Assembly: GCA_964016885.1 (NCBI GenBank) | Contig: OZ024743.1 | Coordinates: forward strand, 101,432,001 to 101,496,000 | From: Eledone cirrhosa | Taxonomy: Eukaryota | Direction of reading: 5' to 3' | DNA length: 64,000 bases | Shown here: positions 1 to 12,223 of the stretch, piece by piece | Position numbering within the stretch: the stretch's first letter is position 1 | Layout of the letters: each line of letters opens with the position of its first letter | Translations under genes and position numbers: made by a program | The notes under the pieces: generated by a model | Told to the model about the DNA's origin: nothing | Database searches by the model: none | Seen by the model: only the letters and a program-made list of their open reading frames with translations

Positions 1-420
1 CCTTAGAGAGACACAGAGCCACCTAGGGGACATCCTGACACAGATCCGCCTAGGGTACAGACCTCAGAGAGACACAGAGCCACCTAGGGAACAGACCTCA
101 GGGAGACACAGAGTCACCCAGGGGACAGATCTCAGTGAGATACACAGCTACCTAGGGTACAGACCTTAGAGAGACACAGAGCCACCTAGGGTAGTACAGA
201 CCTTAGAGAGACACAGAGCCACCTAGGGTACAGACCTTAGAGAGACACAGAGCCACCTAGAGTACATACCTCAGGGAGACATAGAGCCACCTAGGGTACA
301 GAACTTAGAGAGACACAGAGCCAACTAGGGTACAGACTTTAGAGAGACACAGAGCCACCTAGGGTACAGACCTCAGGGAGACATAGAGCCACCTAGGGTA
401 CAGAGAGACAGACAACCAGC
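1..420. repeat. 34-bp minisatellite (CCTTAGAGAGACACAGAGCCACCTAGGGTACAGA)n
   Basis: Unit recurs with ~34-bp period (e.g. at 201 and 235); about 12 degenerate copies; runs off the window start. Confidence 0.9.
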
Positions 421-586
421 TAGAGTACAGACATCAGATTGGTACATTACTGAACCTTAAAGTATCACAGTTTTATACAGGGCTGGTGCTACCATTAAGG
501 CCAACTAGGGTACATTGCAGAACCTTAAGGACATACTTAGTTCCTCTACAACAATATAATATACACATTACCTAGTCTGGTATTAT

Positions 587-845
587 GAAGGCCCTGAACA
601 AGGATGTTAAAGCTACACATAATACACAGTGGTGTTAGGAAGGCTCAGAACAAGGAGGATGTTAAAAGCTACACTTAATACACAGTGTTGTTAGGAAGGC
701 CCAGAACAAGGATATCAAAATCTACACTTAGTATACAGTGGTGTTAGGAAGGCCCAGAACAAGGATGTTAAAATCTACACTCAGTACATAGTAATGTTAG
801 GAAGGCCCTGAACAAGGATATCCAAATCTACACTTAGTACACAGT
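587..845. repeat. ~53-bp tandem repeat, about 5 copies
   Basis: GAAGGCCC(T/A)GAACAAGGATGTTAAAATCTACACTTAGTACACAGTGGTGTTAG repeated head to tail. Confidence 0.85.
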
Positions 846-959
846 GGTGGTGCAGGCAGGTATGACCCCATAACTCATTATAAAACCTGGCAGAGTACAT
901 CTCCTCTCCAGGTCTGAATAAAACAGACAGAGTGTGAGAAAGAGATATAGAGGAAGAAT

Positions 960-1090
960 TAACCCCTAGTATTTGACTGGTACTTTATTATCAACCCCGA
1001 ATGGAAGAAAAGTAGAGTTGAACTCAGATTAAAGAACTGGAAAAAATACTATAAAGAATTCTATCTGATGTTCTAACAACTTTACCAAAT
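960..1090 (-). mobile_element. degraded SINE (Nin-domain-like)
   Basis: TATTTGACTGGTACTTTATTATCAACCCCGAATGGAAGAAAAG resembles the reverse complement of the Nin-type core (CCTTTCGGGGTCGATAAATAAAGTACCAGT). Recalled from memory, not searched. Confidence 0.5.
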
Positions 1091-1387
1091 TACCTTATGT
1101 ATATATATTTGTCTCTAGAGATAAGAAAATAAACTGAAGAAGTTTAGTATGAACATACTTAGAGTATCTCCTGACCAGGATTGAACCCCAGACCAGAACC
1201 TCCACCATCTCTGGTATCTCACCAGACCACCATGAAGGCTAAAAGAATCTACTGAAATTTAATACTTATAAACCTACTTTCAAAATAGAAATAAAAATGA
1301 TGTGGTGTTGGTTATACCTTTCTTAAGGTATTTGGTTTAAAAGTTAGTTAAACCTAAAATTTCAATATTCAAATAATTATTGAATAG

Positions 1388-1878
1388 ATACACGCTGTTC
1401 TCAACGACATATTGAGAAGAAGCCTGGACGCAGCTGGCTTCCCATCACAACTGGGGCCAACAGGCCCCGGAGATGGCAAGCGCCCCGACGGAATCACTCT
1501 CTTCCCATTCGAAGGAGGTAGGTCCCTCATCTGGGACACCATCAGCTACGATACAATCTCCGCCTCCAACTTCGTTTCCAAGTCGTTTCGGCCACAAACC
1601 CCGGCATCGCAGCCCGCCTCGCAGAAGAACGCAAAATAAACAAATACCGAGGATTGTCCGGCCACTTGCTCTCTGCACCAGTCAACGTCGAGACCCCAGG
1701 AGTACTTGGACCCCATACTGCCGAGCTCCTCCGCAAGATCGGAGCGTCAGCGGCCCGTCTGAGGAGGGAACCTCGCAAGTTTGGGTGGATGTTGCATTGG
1801 GTATCACTGGCCATCGTCCGCGAGAGTACTTTTGCCGTCTTGTCCGTGGGGCGCAGCTCTTCTGCCCTTTTGCCCTAG
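1388..1878 (+). pseudogene. 3' fragment of a CRE-like non-LTR retrotransposon (restriction-like endonuclease domain), frameshifted
   Basis: HAVLNDILRRSLDAAG...DGKRPDGITLFPFEGGRSLIWD, then in another frame APVNVETPGVLGPHTAELLRKIG...VSLAIVRE. These match the RPDG..WD..VET.G...SLAVQRGN motifs of CRE-type RLE domains. Confidence 0.75.
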
Positions 1879-2235
1879 ACTCAAAGCTCAACCACCCTCC
1901 CCTTTCTTCTGCGACACCGGAGCTCTTTCCATCCCCTCTCCTTCCCGTACTTTTTCTTCTTTCTTTCTCTCTTCGATTTAATCAACTTTCCCCTCCCCCA
2001 AATTACTGGCCTTCCACCTTTACTAGAAATCATCATTATTATTGTTATTGTTACTGTAAATAATATCATATTTATACAGTTTTGATAATAAATAAATTGT
2101 TCATTACAAACTTGTTTATATAATTATTAATTCTCAAACACACACACTCATACGTATATATATATATGAACATATTCAGGACCCCGACGGCTGAGCTGCG
2201 GCCGTTTCAACAGCTATATATATCTATCTATCTAT

Positions 2236-2506
2236 CTAAGGCGGGTAAAATTCCCGAGATCCATGGACGAGTTCTCTCCAGCGGTCTCTGTCCCTCATTA
2301 TCGCTGCCATATCCTGCATCTCCAACAGACCAGTGTCTGTCCTTAGGGCATCAACAGATGGTAACCTTGGTCTTCCTCTTCTAGTGTGTCCATGTAGGGG
2401 CTCCCAAAGGAGCACTGAGTGCAATGTCAACTCTGGATGTCGGTGAGCATGTCCAGCCAACCTCAGTCTTCTCTGTGTCACTTTTGAGCTGACTTTTGGG
2501 ATGCTC

Positions 2507-2508
<2 letters not shown>
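2236..2508 (-). mobile_element. 5'-truncated RTE-clade LINE 3' end
   Basis: [16 protein letters not shown]...LLWEP.HG..RRGRPR...DALRTDTG...RDRDRWRELV; (ATAG)n tail; near-identical to 25717-25990. Confidence 0.8.
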
Positions 2509-2556
<48 letters not shown>

Positions 2557-2816
2557 CGTTTCTTAATTTGTTTAGCAAGATTCTTTATCTGAAAACGTGT
2601 GTTGAAACCGATATTGTTATACTTTGGGAGGGTCATGTTGCCAATAAGAAACACACGCACCAGTTGCTTTCACTCCAATTTATTATAAATAAAATTTATA
2701 AATATAAGCATTTATAAATTTCCGGTTGATTGGTTAGTTGGTTCCACCAACCAATGATATTTGTTTTTGAAATGCGCATAATAAAATACATGGAACTCTT
2801 AACCATCTTTTGATCT

Positions 2817-2879
<63 letters not shown>

Positions 2880-2880
2880 C

Positions 2881-2916
<36 letters not shown>

Positions 2917-3654
2917 GTTAGAATCCCAGAGAACAACAGAAAAATGCTGAGTTTAGAGTTTAGTAAACAACAGAAAGAAGGGCATAAATAAATAAATATA
3001 TATCAACATTTAAAATATGTTTATGTCCCCCTTTAATATAAAAAGAAACAGAGCCTTGTAAAAGTGTTATTACTGTAATATAATGTAGAGATCCTTTAAT
3101 TAAACAAAGCTAAGATGCAGCGATGGTCAAAACAAACGTATTATATCACTTTCAAATTGACCTCTATTATATTAAAATTGCTCCAGTGGGGCGTGCACCC
3201 CACGGTGGGAATCCCTGATATATAAATATATGTGAATATGTTACGATGACTGCTACTTCTAGCAGGTTTACTGCTGTCCTGTAGAGGCACAACACAAACC
3301 GGAAGTGGCAGCCATTAAAAAACTTAAAATCAGTGAAAATATTTTAAACAATAGAAAATTTAATGTAAATAAACCAGGGTGTTTTTGCCAAGAAAGATAA
3401 CTCTTGTCTTACTTAATCGTAAAAATCGAGACAAAAATTTTGCGAGTGTGCAATTGATTTGGTCCTGGATGTTGATATTTGACTGCTATTTCTAGCATGT
3501 ATGGACACTTTAGAAATAGCAGCGAAAAACGGAAAACATAAGAAGGGCACACACGTATATATATATGTATATATATATATGTATTGAAGTTTTCGTTGAA
3601 AATTGAAAAAGTCAGAGGAATGAAGAGTGCTCTATGTAAATTACAGAGCTAAAT

Positions 3655-3884
3655 ATTTAATGTATAATAAACAATACAGTATAATTACCTCATTACCAGA
3701 GGTTTCCCGAATAAGACGAATACAAGAAACGTCCGCATTCATTCATCAGACAAGGCAATTTATAAATTACAATTTATAAATTGCCTTGTCTGATGAACGA
3801 ATGCGGACGTTTCTTGTATTCGTCTTATTCGGGAAACCTCTGGTAATGAGGTAATTATACTGTATTGTTTATTATACATTAAAT
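3655..3884. repeat. ~114-bp-arm inverted repeat (Penelope-type inverted terminus), one hammerhead motif per arm
   Basis: 3655-3768 is the reverse complement of 3771-3884 with one mismatch and a 2-nt spacer. Confidence 0.9.
3779..3856 (+). ncRNA. type I hammerhead ribozyme motif
   Basis: Stem I AATTGCCTTGT/ATGAGGTAATT (with G-U pairs), core CTGATGA, long stem II (CGAATG..GGACG/CGTCT..TATTCG), GAAA, stem III CC-TCT-GG, GUA cleavage site. Confidence 0.75.
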
Positions 3885-3919
3885 AATTATATATATAAAT
3901 ATATATATATATTATATAT

Positions 3920-4038
3920 ATAGGAAAAAGTATGACCCCGACGGCAGAGCTCAAGCCGTTTCGACGGCTATTTCTGGAGTCCAGAAATAGCCGTCGAAAC
4001 GGCTTGAGCTCTGCCGTCGGGGTCATACTTTTTCCTAT
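3920..4038. repeat. perfect 59-bp-arm palindrome containing the 3' half of a hammerhead
   Basis: ATAGGAAAAAGTATGACCCCGACGG...CTGGA-G-TCCAG...CCGTCGGGGTCATACTTTTTCCTAT; right arm reads GAAA-CGGC-loop-GCCG-TC-GGGG. Confidence 0.9.
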
Positions 4039-4114
4039 TACCCACTATACTACCCTAAGTATTGAGTACTCTGGTGCGTTATAGTCCATCTGGTTCCTTA
4101 CCACAATTCCTTTG

Positions 4115-4200
<86 letters not shown>

Positions 4201-4324
4201 GAGAGAGAGAGAAAGAGAGGGAGAGAGAGAGAGAAATAGCAGCGAAAAACAGAAAGAAGGACACACACACATATATATATGTGTATATATATATATATAT
4301 ACACATATATATATATATATATAG

Positions 4325-4389
<65 letters not shown>

Positions 4390-4661
4390 CACATACGTAT
4401 ATATAGCATCCAAACACACAAATATATGTACCTACACGCACATATATGTAAAATAGGTGTGTGAATGCACGTACACACACACACAATTATATATATATCA
4501 GGGATATACGCTCCACAGGCAGCAATTTGTATATAATAGGGGTTAATTTGAAGCAGAAAAGGTTGGCGACCACTGAAGACAACAAATCGTCCTTTTTATT
4601 TTATTACAATTATTATTATTATCATATATATATACTTCTGCGTCCACAGATTGATTTTTTT

Positions 4662-4712
4662 AGTTTCAGAAGATCCCGATAAGGGTGAAAGCAGCGATTC
4701 TTTGCTTAAACT
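4662..4712 (+). ncRNA. hammerhead-like motif (core variant CAGAAGA)
   Basis: AGTTT-CAGAAGA-TCCC GATAA GGGT-GAAA-GCA..TGC-TT-AAACT; its 3' part recurs at ~14608-14660. Confidence 0.55.
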
Positions 4713-5031
4713 TTAATCTGTTATTTTAATAAATATTTGCTCTACGGTTCTTATATATCTGATACATCCTTATCGAGCCCTCTTTGGATTTTAGTCTTCA
4801 AATTTATTATTATTACTATATATATATAAGTATGTACACGTGCATACATATATGTATACAGACGTACAGTAGTATGTATATATATATACATACATGCACA
4901 CATATATATATGTACGTATGGATTCACCGAACATTTATTATAATCCTCGGTGTGTTTGTAAACAAACATCCCGTATTAAGCCGTAGTGTCTAGCAACCAT
5001 CGTTGCTCGTTTGTTTAACACTGACAAAGGA

Positions 5032-5074
5032 ACGCTGTACTAGTTTCAAGCTTATTAGCTATCGTCAGCAACGT
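5032..5074 (-). ncRNA. minimal hammerhead ribozyme (palindromic stem III)
   Basis: Minus strand: ACGTTG-CTGACGA-TAGCT AATA AGCTT-GAAA-CTAG-TA-CAGCGT. Confidence 0.8.
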
Positions 5075-5455
5075 ATACCTTCCTGCCAGATTGTTGAACG
5101 TATATACTTACCTTATGCATATTAAGGGCTGAGTAGCCCAATTTGCATATCGAGTGGGTTAATCGGCCGGGTGCACCGAAAACGATAAACGGAAAAAATG
5201 AAACGAAATTTCATTTCCCACTCTTAGTACGGCTGTTACTTAAATATAAGTATGTACACGTGCATACATATATGTATACAGACGTACAGTAGTATGTATA
5301 TATATATATATACATACATGCACACATATATATATGTACGTATAGATTCACCGAACATTTATTATAATGCTCGGTGTGTTTGTAAACAAACATCCCGTAT
5401 TAAGCCGTAGTGTCTAGCAACCATCGTTGCTCGTTTGTTCAACACTGACAAAGGA

Positions 5456-5498
5456 ACGCTGTACTAGTTTCAAGCTTATTAGCTATCGTCAGCAACGT
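5456..5498 (-). ncRNA. minimal hammerhead ribozyme, second tandem copy
   Basis: Identical to 5032-5074. The third copy (5737-5779, + strand) has GAAA changed to GTAA. Confidence 0.8.
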
Positions 5499-6042
5499 AT
5501 ACCTTCCTGCCAGATTGTTGAACGTATATACTTACCTTATGCATATTAACGGCTGAGTAGCCCAATTTGCATATCGAGTGGGTTAATCGGCCGGGTGGAC
5601 CGAAAACGATAAACGGAAAAAATGAAGCGTTTCGGTACACCCGGCCGATTAACCCACGCGATATGCAAATTGGGCTACTCAGCCGTTAATATGCATAAGG
5701 TAAGTATATACGTTCAACAATCTGGCAGGAAGGTATACGTTGCTGACGATAGCTAATAAGCTTGTAACTAGTACAGCGTTCCTTTGTCAGTGTTGAACAA
5801 ACGAGCAACGATGGTTGCTAGACACTACGGCTTAATACGGAATGTTTGTTTACAAACACACCGAGCATGATAATTAATGTTCGGTGAATCCATACGTACA
5901 TATATATATATGTGTGCATGTATGTATATATATATACATACTACTATACGTCTGTATACATATATGTATGCACGTGTACATACTTATATTTAAGTAACAG
6001 CCGTACTAAGAGTGGGAAATGAAATTTCGTTTTATTTTTTCC

Positions 6043-6089
<47 letters not shown>

Positions 6090-6224
6090 AATCATATATA
6101 TATATACATATATATATATTTGTGTTCAAGAGTGGAGGGGTGGGTCTGCTAGATTCATTGTGGGTGGGAAATGACAATGGGCTGGGTGGAGTAGTATTGT
6201 GGGATGGGGGAAGTAGAGAACACT

Positions 6225-7080
6225 ATCGGGTGGCTATGAGACATGTGTACCTTGCAAGAAGGGAAGCAGGGGATAGAAAGTTCAAGCATGTTCTACAACA
6301 CGAGGACCAAAAACGTGAGGTGTTCAGGATTGCTAGACAATGTGTCAAGGAAAACCGTGATATGAAGATGGTGTACTTGCCCTCACTGATACTGATAAGA
6401 AGGTAGCTTGGAAGTGTCATTACGAGAGACTACTAAATGAGGAGAATAAATGGGAAAAAAATAGTCTGCCCCACATTGATCAAATAGAGGGACCAGCGGT
6501 GCAAGTTAATGGTAGTATAATAAGTAAGGCAATCAAAGATATGAAGACAGGCAAGGCAGCTGGGCTTTCAGAGATAGTTGCTGAGATGTTGAAAGCATCT
6601 GGAATGGTGGGACACACTATGGTCACACAGATAGTAAACCAAGTAATACAGAATAGGGTCATACCAAAGGACTGGTGTAGCAGCATCATCGTTAACTGTT
6701 ACAAGAGAAAAGGAGATGCTCTAGCTAGGGGGAACTATAGAATCATTAAGGTAGTTGACCAGGTCATGAAGGTCACAGAAAGAGTTATTGCACAACTAAT
6801 CAGAGACCAAATTGATCTAGATGAGATGCAGTTTGGGTTTGTGTCAGGTAAAAGTACCACAGACGCTCTTTTCCTTGTACGACAACTACAGGCGAAGTAC
6901 CTAGATAAACGTAAACCCCTCTACTTAGCTTTCGTTGACTTGGAGAAAGCCTTTGACAGAGTCTCAGCTACATTTTCTGGTGGACCCTTAGAAAACTAGG
7001 TGTAGATGAATGGCACGTGAGAGTCATGTATAAAGAAACAGTGAGCAAGGTGAGAATTAACAATGAATATAGTGAAGAAA
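6225..7080 (+). pseudogene. RTE-clade LINE reverse transcriptase fragment
   Basis: KAIKDMKTGKAAG..IPKDWCSSIIVNCYKRKGDALARGNYR..MQFGFVSGKSTTDALFLVRQLQ..LAFVDLEKAFDRV; frameshifted at both ends. Confidence 0.85.
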
Positions 7081-7326
7081 TGATAGGAAGGAAGAAATAG
7101 AATGGGTACCAACAAAGATATTTATTTCTCTATTGTTACGAGCCTCCAATTCTTCGCAGTAATCTCAGATAAATCATTGAAACTGCAGGTGGTCTGAGAT
7201 CTGATGAATGTATTTTAATATTTGTGACCTCCTCTCACCCATTCTATTTCTTCCTTCCGATCACTTCTTTGAGTCAACTCACATCAGCTTTGACAGTATT
7301 TTGCTGTTTAAACACCGAGGTTTTCG

Positions 7327-7386
<60 letters not shown>

Positions 7387-7470
7387 AAGGGTAAACAGAA
7401 ATAACAACACAATCGGTACAGTATATGGAAGGAATATATTAGGTTAATGCTTTAGATAGCAGGAAGAGGA

Positions 7471-7506
7471 TCTTAACGTTTTGGATGCTAGTCCTTCATC
7501 AGAAGA
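7471..7506 (-). ncRNA. degenerate minimal hammerhead
   Basis: Minus strand: TCTT-CTGATGA-AGGA CTAGCA TCC-AAAA-CG-TT-AAGA (GAAA changed to AAAA). Confidence 0.55.
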
Positions 7507-8550
7507 AAGAATGACAAATTAGTTAGATTGAAGGGATGGGCAGGATGGAATTGGAAAACATATCTTTGGATAACAGGTCCATTCATGTTGACATCTCTTG
7601 GAAAACTGTTGATGCTGGCGTTTTGTGTATGATATATTTTTGTTAAAGACTCACATTAATCCCCTATAATTTAATGAGCTCAAGGATTAGATTCCGGGTT
7701 CATTATAAATCACCATATAGAGAGAAGTACACATAGAGATATGTGTTCAATCATAGGGGATTAAAAACCACCAGAGTGACGAAGATATTAACTACGGAAG
7801 TAATGCTGGATACAAATCAATTAAAATAATATATTAAAGTGTACTAACCATCTATTTATAACTATAACATCCAGACATGTTCAAATAAGAGTATGTTTCG
7901 CTATAAAAGTGAAGAAAATATATTGTAGATCTAGCTCATCGGCAGATACCTATCAATATGATCAACACTTCTAAAACACACATGGTATAGAGAAAAGACA
8001 TGTTTTATAGCCCATGGTGGTGTGAATAGACCATATGATATACGTCTAGAAATATATTTTTATCACATGTATGTTAACATACATATGAAAATTTAGAGCT
8101 GATTTAGCTGCAATTTCTAACATTTTCCACGTTACATATTTCTATTGTTTGGCTGCCATTTCTAGCATTTGTATTTACCACACATACTCAACAGTTTAAC
8201 AAAGGGGAATAAATCTTTTAAGCCTTCGGTTTGCTATTATCTCCCTTTGCCTGTAAAATTTATGATAGTAATCTAGACTAGAGAGCCCCTCACTAAATTT
8301 TCTTATAACTTTCTTAATAACACATATTTTGTTATAAAATGTTGCAGAGATACGAATTACAGTTTATAGATTAACATTCTGGAACTGAAATTACAATTTA
8401 TCTTTACGTACAAATGTACTAAGGCTAGAAATTGCCAGGTAGGGTGTACAGTTTTTATCACATTTTCTATTGAGTAAAATAAACTATTTTATCACGACAA
8501 TATAAAGAAACAGGATATAGATTTGTTTGGTACTTCTAGCGTTGTTTATG

Positions 8551-8621
<71 letters not shown>

Positions 8622-8710
8622 CATACGTACATAGTCCTATATATGTAAGTTTGTGTGTGTATATATATATACATATATTTATGTTGTTTATACACATACA
8701 TACATACAAA

Positions 8711-8762
<52 letters not shown>

Positions 8763-9789
8763 TGTATACTTCGGTTTTGAATTTATTTTAGAAGATTTTT
8801 TACCTGAAAATGGGTTGTAACAGATATTGTTATACTTTGGGAGGGTCATGCTGCCAATAAAAACACACGCACCTGTTAGTTTCACTTCAATTTATTAGTA
8901 TTATTATTCGGCTAGTTTAATAACCAGATGGCTGTTTAGTTGTTGATTGTCAAAGATCTTTTGTCACACATTCTGTCACCTCCTCAATGACTACTTTTGT
9001 AGTTATTTTGTGTCTCTTCTTTTTTTGTACTACACCAACTTGTTTTTGTGAAAATTTGAAATGAAATCCAGTAGCTGTGTGTAGTTTTATTGGCAACAGG
9101 ACCCGTCCAATGTATACCTATATGTATAAGTCATCAACATATATATATAATAAGGAAAATGTGAAGTTTGGTGTAGATGTTAAAAGTTCCTTTATTAACA
9201 AAGCTGTGATACACATTATAATGACAATCATGGTCACATGATTGTTCAATCATGTGACCACGTGATATCATCAGACAGCAACTTTATGTAATAAGGTTAC
9301 GTCTGTGAGGCAATCCAAAGACAAGGGAATGGACAGAAATGGTAAGGTTCGTAGATGTTTTCAGAAGGATATGATGTGACATTCAAATGTTGCCTGGACT
9401 GATGCTAAGCCACTGCCTCCCTGTTTATGTTTCAGATAGAGGTGGTCTATGTCACTGTTGATATGGAAACTTCCAGAACCAGTTAGAAGTTTTAGGGTTT
9501 TAGCATTATGGCTCAGATCTCATCTTGAGTCAAGTAGTCAATGATTGTTACTATTGTAATTTATTAGTCCCCAAACTTTTCGGACCACCTCCTAGATAAT
9601 GGCTGGTAAATCCGAAATATTTAGGGACTGCTAAATTACTAAGGTAACAATCAGTCATACTGGCCCTTTTATTTTCTAATCCATCTCTCTCAATTCCCTT
9701 CTCACTTGTTACCTTGGTAACCTTAAGCCACTTATATTGAAGGGCTCCCTAAACAGACCCACTTTTGACTTTTATATTCTGCAATGTAT

Positions 9790-10185
9790 GAAGATACATG
9801 GCATTGTGGTTGGGGTATTTGTCTCATGATTCCCATGATGGTGTCCTTGAGCAAGACATTTTATTTCACATTGCTCCAGTCCACTCAGCTGGTAAACACC
9901 AGTTGTACAGGGTGGCTCAAACGTCACACAGGGCTCGCAACTCTTTATAATTATTTTATTTAATTATTCATAAGTAATGTAGAGGTGTGACAAGGATTGA
10001 CAAGTGCAAAATAATTTCCATTATGTCCTTTAAGTTGTGTCAACATTTCATACATCAATCTGTACAATTCAGGAAGTTAATAAAAACTAAAACCCCTGTA
10101 TGACTTTGGGGCCACACTGTACCTGTAATTCGAAAGACCAGCTTTGTCACATTCTGTGTCATGCTGAATCTCCCTGAGAACTACG

Positions 10186-10190
<5 letters not shown>
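9790..10190 (+). mobile_element. tRNA-derived SINE interrupted by a MITE
   Basis: GTGTCCTTGAGCAAGACATTTTATTTCACATTGCTCCAGTCCACTCAGCTGG core, homologous to the minus-strand copy at 11872-12152. Confidence 0.7.
9908..10119. mobile_element. Tc1/mariner-type MITE, 212 bp, TA target duplication
   Basis: Imperfect 26-bp TIRs CAGGGTGGCTCAAACGTCACACAGGG / CCCTGTATGACTTTGGGGCCACACTG flanked by TA; the empty site AGTTGTACCTGTAATTC is present in the other SINE copy. Confidence 0.8.
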
Positions 10191-10278
<88 letters not shown>

Positions 10279-10362
10279 CGTATATTCATATATATATATA
10301 TACATCTTCAGATGTATACATATATGTATGTGACGTTTCTATATCCAACGATATACAGTATG

Positions 10363-10423
<61 letters not shown>

Positions 10424-10427
10424 TACA

Positions 10428-10523
<96 letters not shown>

Positions 10524-10563
10524 GGTAACAAATAATAGTTAAATGCAGTCCACTTAGGTCCAC

Positions 10564-10601
<38 letters not shown>

Positions 10602-10971
10602 ATATGCGTATATTACTTCGTTAACGTCTGTATTAACTCAACAACTATTTAGCTTTGACAGTGTCGTCCCACTCATGTATGCTATTGAAGATGAAAAGAA
10701 AGACTGTAAACACTGGCTTATCTTTATAATTTAAAATTGATACACACTTCGATACTCTGTACATGCCAAACTCTTACTTTTGCCTCATGACAGCTAGTTT
10801 TACACGCCGTAATGTTAGATACATTATGCCCCCCACCAAAGTAATGTCAGGGTCTCCTCAAATAATTTATTAATAGCATTGTTGTAATTGTTGTTATTGT
10901 TCTAATTGAATGCCATTACTACTTCATATAGTAGCCTGTATATTCTTTTCTTGCCTGTATATTCTCTTCAT

Positions 10972-11092
10972 TCTCGCATGCTCCGAAGATCTGACTGGTT
11001 ATAATTTTGTATTGGCGATCGAGTAACGTGAAAATAAGCGAATAGCGATCTCTAGACCTACCAGTTCAGAGAAACAATTGTCAGCTATGAGA
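10972..11092 (+). ncRNA. hammerhead motif with extended stem II (core variant CCGAAGA)
   Basis: GCT-CCGAAGA-TCTGACTGGT...ACCAGTTCAGA-GAAA-CAATTG-TC-AGC; palindromic stem III. Confidence 0.6.
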
Positions 11093-11138
11093 TTAAAAAC
11101 CTTTTTTGTATAGCAAACCATGTCAACCTTCTTTCCTG

Positions 11139-11174
<36 letters not shown>

Positions 11175-11455
11175 TAAAATATGTCCATAGGATCATTTGA
11201 TAAAATATATACACTATTTCCTCTCCCAATTAGCATAATTAACCACATAAAAAATCAATTAAGGCTATAAGAATAAAGGCTCCTATGAAGAAATATTTGA
11301 TAAATAAACTACAACAGCCTCTTCGCGGCCGACCGCAACAGAATATTTACCCAACATTTCAACAGCATGTAGAAACTGACTAAATATACTGTCAACCATA
11401 CACAATTACGTATAAATTTAAAGTTAGAAGAAATGAGTATATTCTTACCGTGATT

Positions 11456-11536
11456 ATATCTCTACCCTGGGTTTCGTTCGCGTTTTGAGATATCCTATTA
11501 AGGATAAATCTCGAGTATCGAACTCATCAGGAGATA
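11456..11536 (-). ncRNA. hammerhead ribozyme with intact core
   Basis: Minus strand: TATCTC-CTGATGA-GTTCG[..TATCCT TAAT AGGATA..]CGAAC-GAAA-CCCAGGG-TA-GAGATA. Confidence 0.85.
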
Positions 11537-11645
11537 AACTCATAGGACAGTTAATTTTCCAAAGCGATCCCCGCAAAAAATAGAATCGTGACGTGGCAGT
11601 GATCAAGTTAGAAAGAATGTGATTAGTTGCTTACGGCGAGTGGGC

Positions 11646-11706
<61 letters not shown>

Positions 11707-11871
11707 GGATATTTAGTAAAATCGAATCTCTGGCGGTTTGCAAGCAAATTGGGCCTACTTATATATATATCTTCAGCTGTATACATACATATATGTGACT
11801 TTTCTATATCCAACGATATACAGTATGTTTAATAAATAAACATTTTGAAAGCCCAGCTAAGAATATTGAAA

Positions 11872-12152
11872 GACTGGGTACTCCATCAGTTACAACGGTG
11901 AGTGTTCCAGTTGATATGATCAACAGAACAGCCTGCTCATGAAATTAAGAGGCAAGTGGCTGAGCATTCCACAAACATGTGTAACTTTGACACAGTTCTC
12001 AGGGAGATTCAGCATGAGACATAATGTGAAAAGGCTGACCCTTTGAATTACAGGTACAACTTATTTTTTACCTGCTGAATGGACTGGAGCAATGTGAATT
12101 AAAATGTCTTACTCAAGGACACAATGTACTACTAGGAATCGAACTCACAACC
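11872..12152 (-). mobile_element. tRNA-derived SINE
   Basis: Minus-strand B box GGTTGTGAGTTCGATTCC followed by GTGTCCTTGAGTAAGACATTTT core; the 5' head is cut off by (CTA)n. Confidence 0.7.
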
Positions 12153-12166
12153 TACTACTACTACTG

Positions 12167-12222
<56 letters not shown>
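12152..12222. repeat. (CTA)n microsatellite at the 3' end of the Tx1-like element
   Basis: Read directly. Confidence 0.9.

Positions 12223-12223
<1 letters not shown>

Larger units (their letters stand above)
4826..6032. mobile_element. Penelope-like pseudo-LTR: two ~424-bp tandem copies plus one inverted copy
   Basis: 4826-5245 repeats at ~5246-5630; 5630-6032 is the reverse complement. Each copy holds a minimal hammerhead. Related fragment at 32151-32330. Confidence 0.8.

Noticed and set aside
3180-4575. hAT-like termini (GGGAATCCCTG at ~3207; AAGGTTGGCGACCACTG at ~4559)
   Set aside because: No matching partner TIR or 8-bp target duplication found.
7081-7263. 26-bp inverted repeats around a hammerhead-like segment
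   Set aside because: ATCTCA/TGAGAT and GAAAC..GTC are present but the CUGANGA core is missing; too degenerate to call.
9215-9285. Minus-strand CTGATGA followed by a long hairpin as a hammerhead
   Set aside because: GAAA is missing and stem I is unclear; at most a decayed relic.
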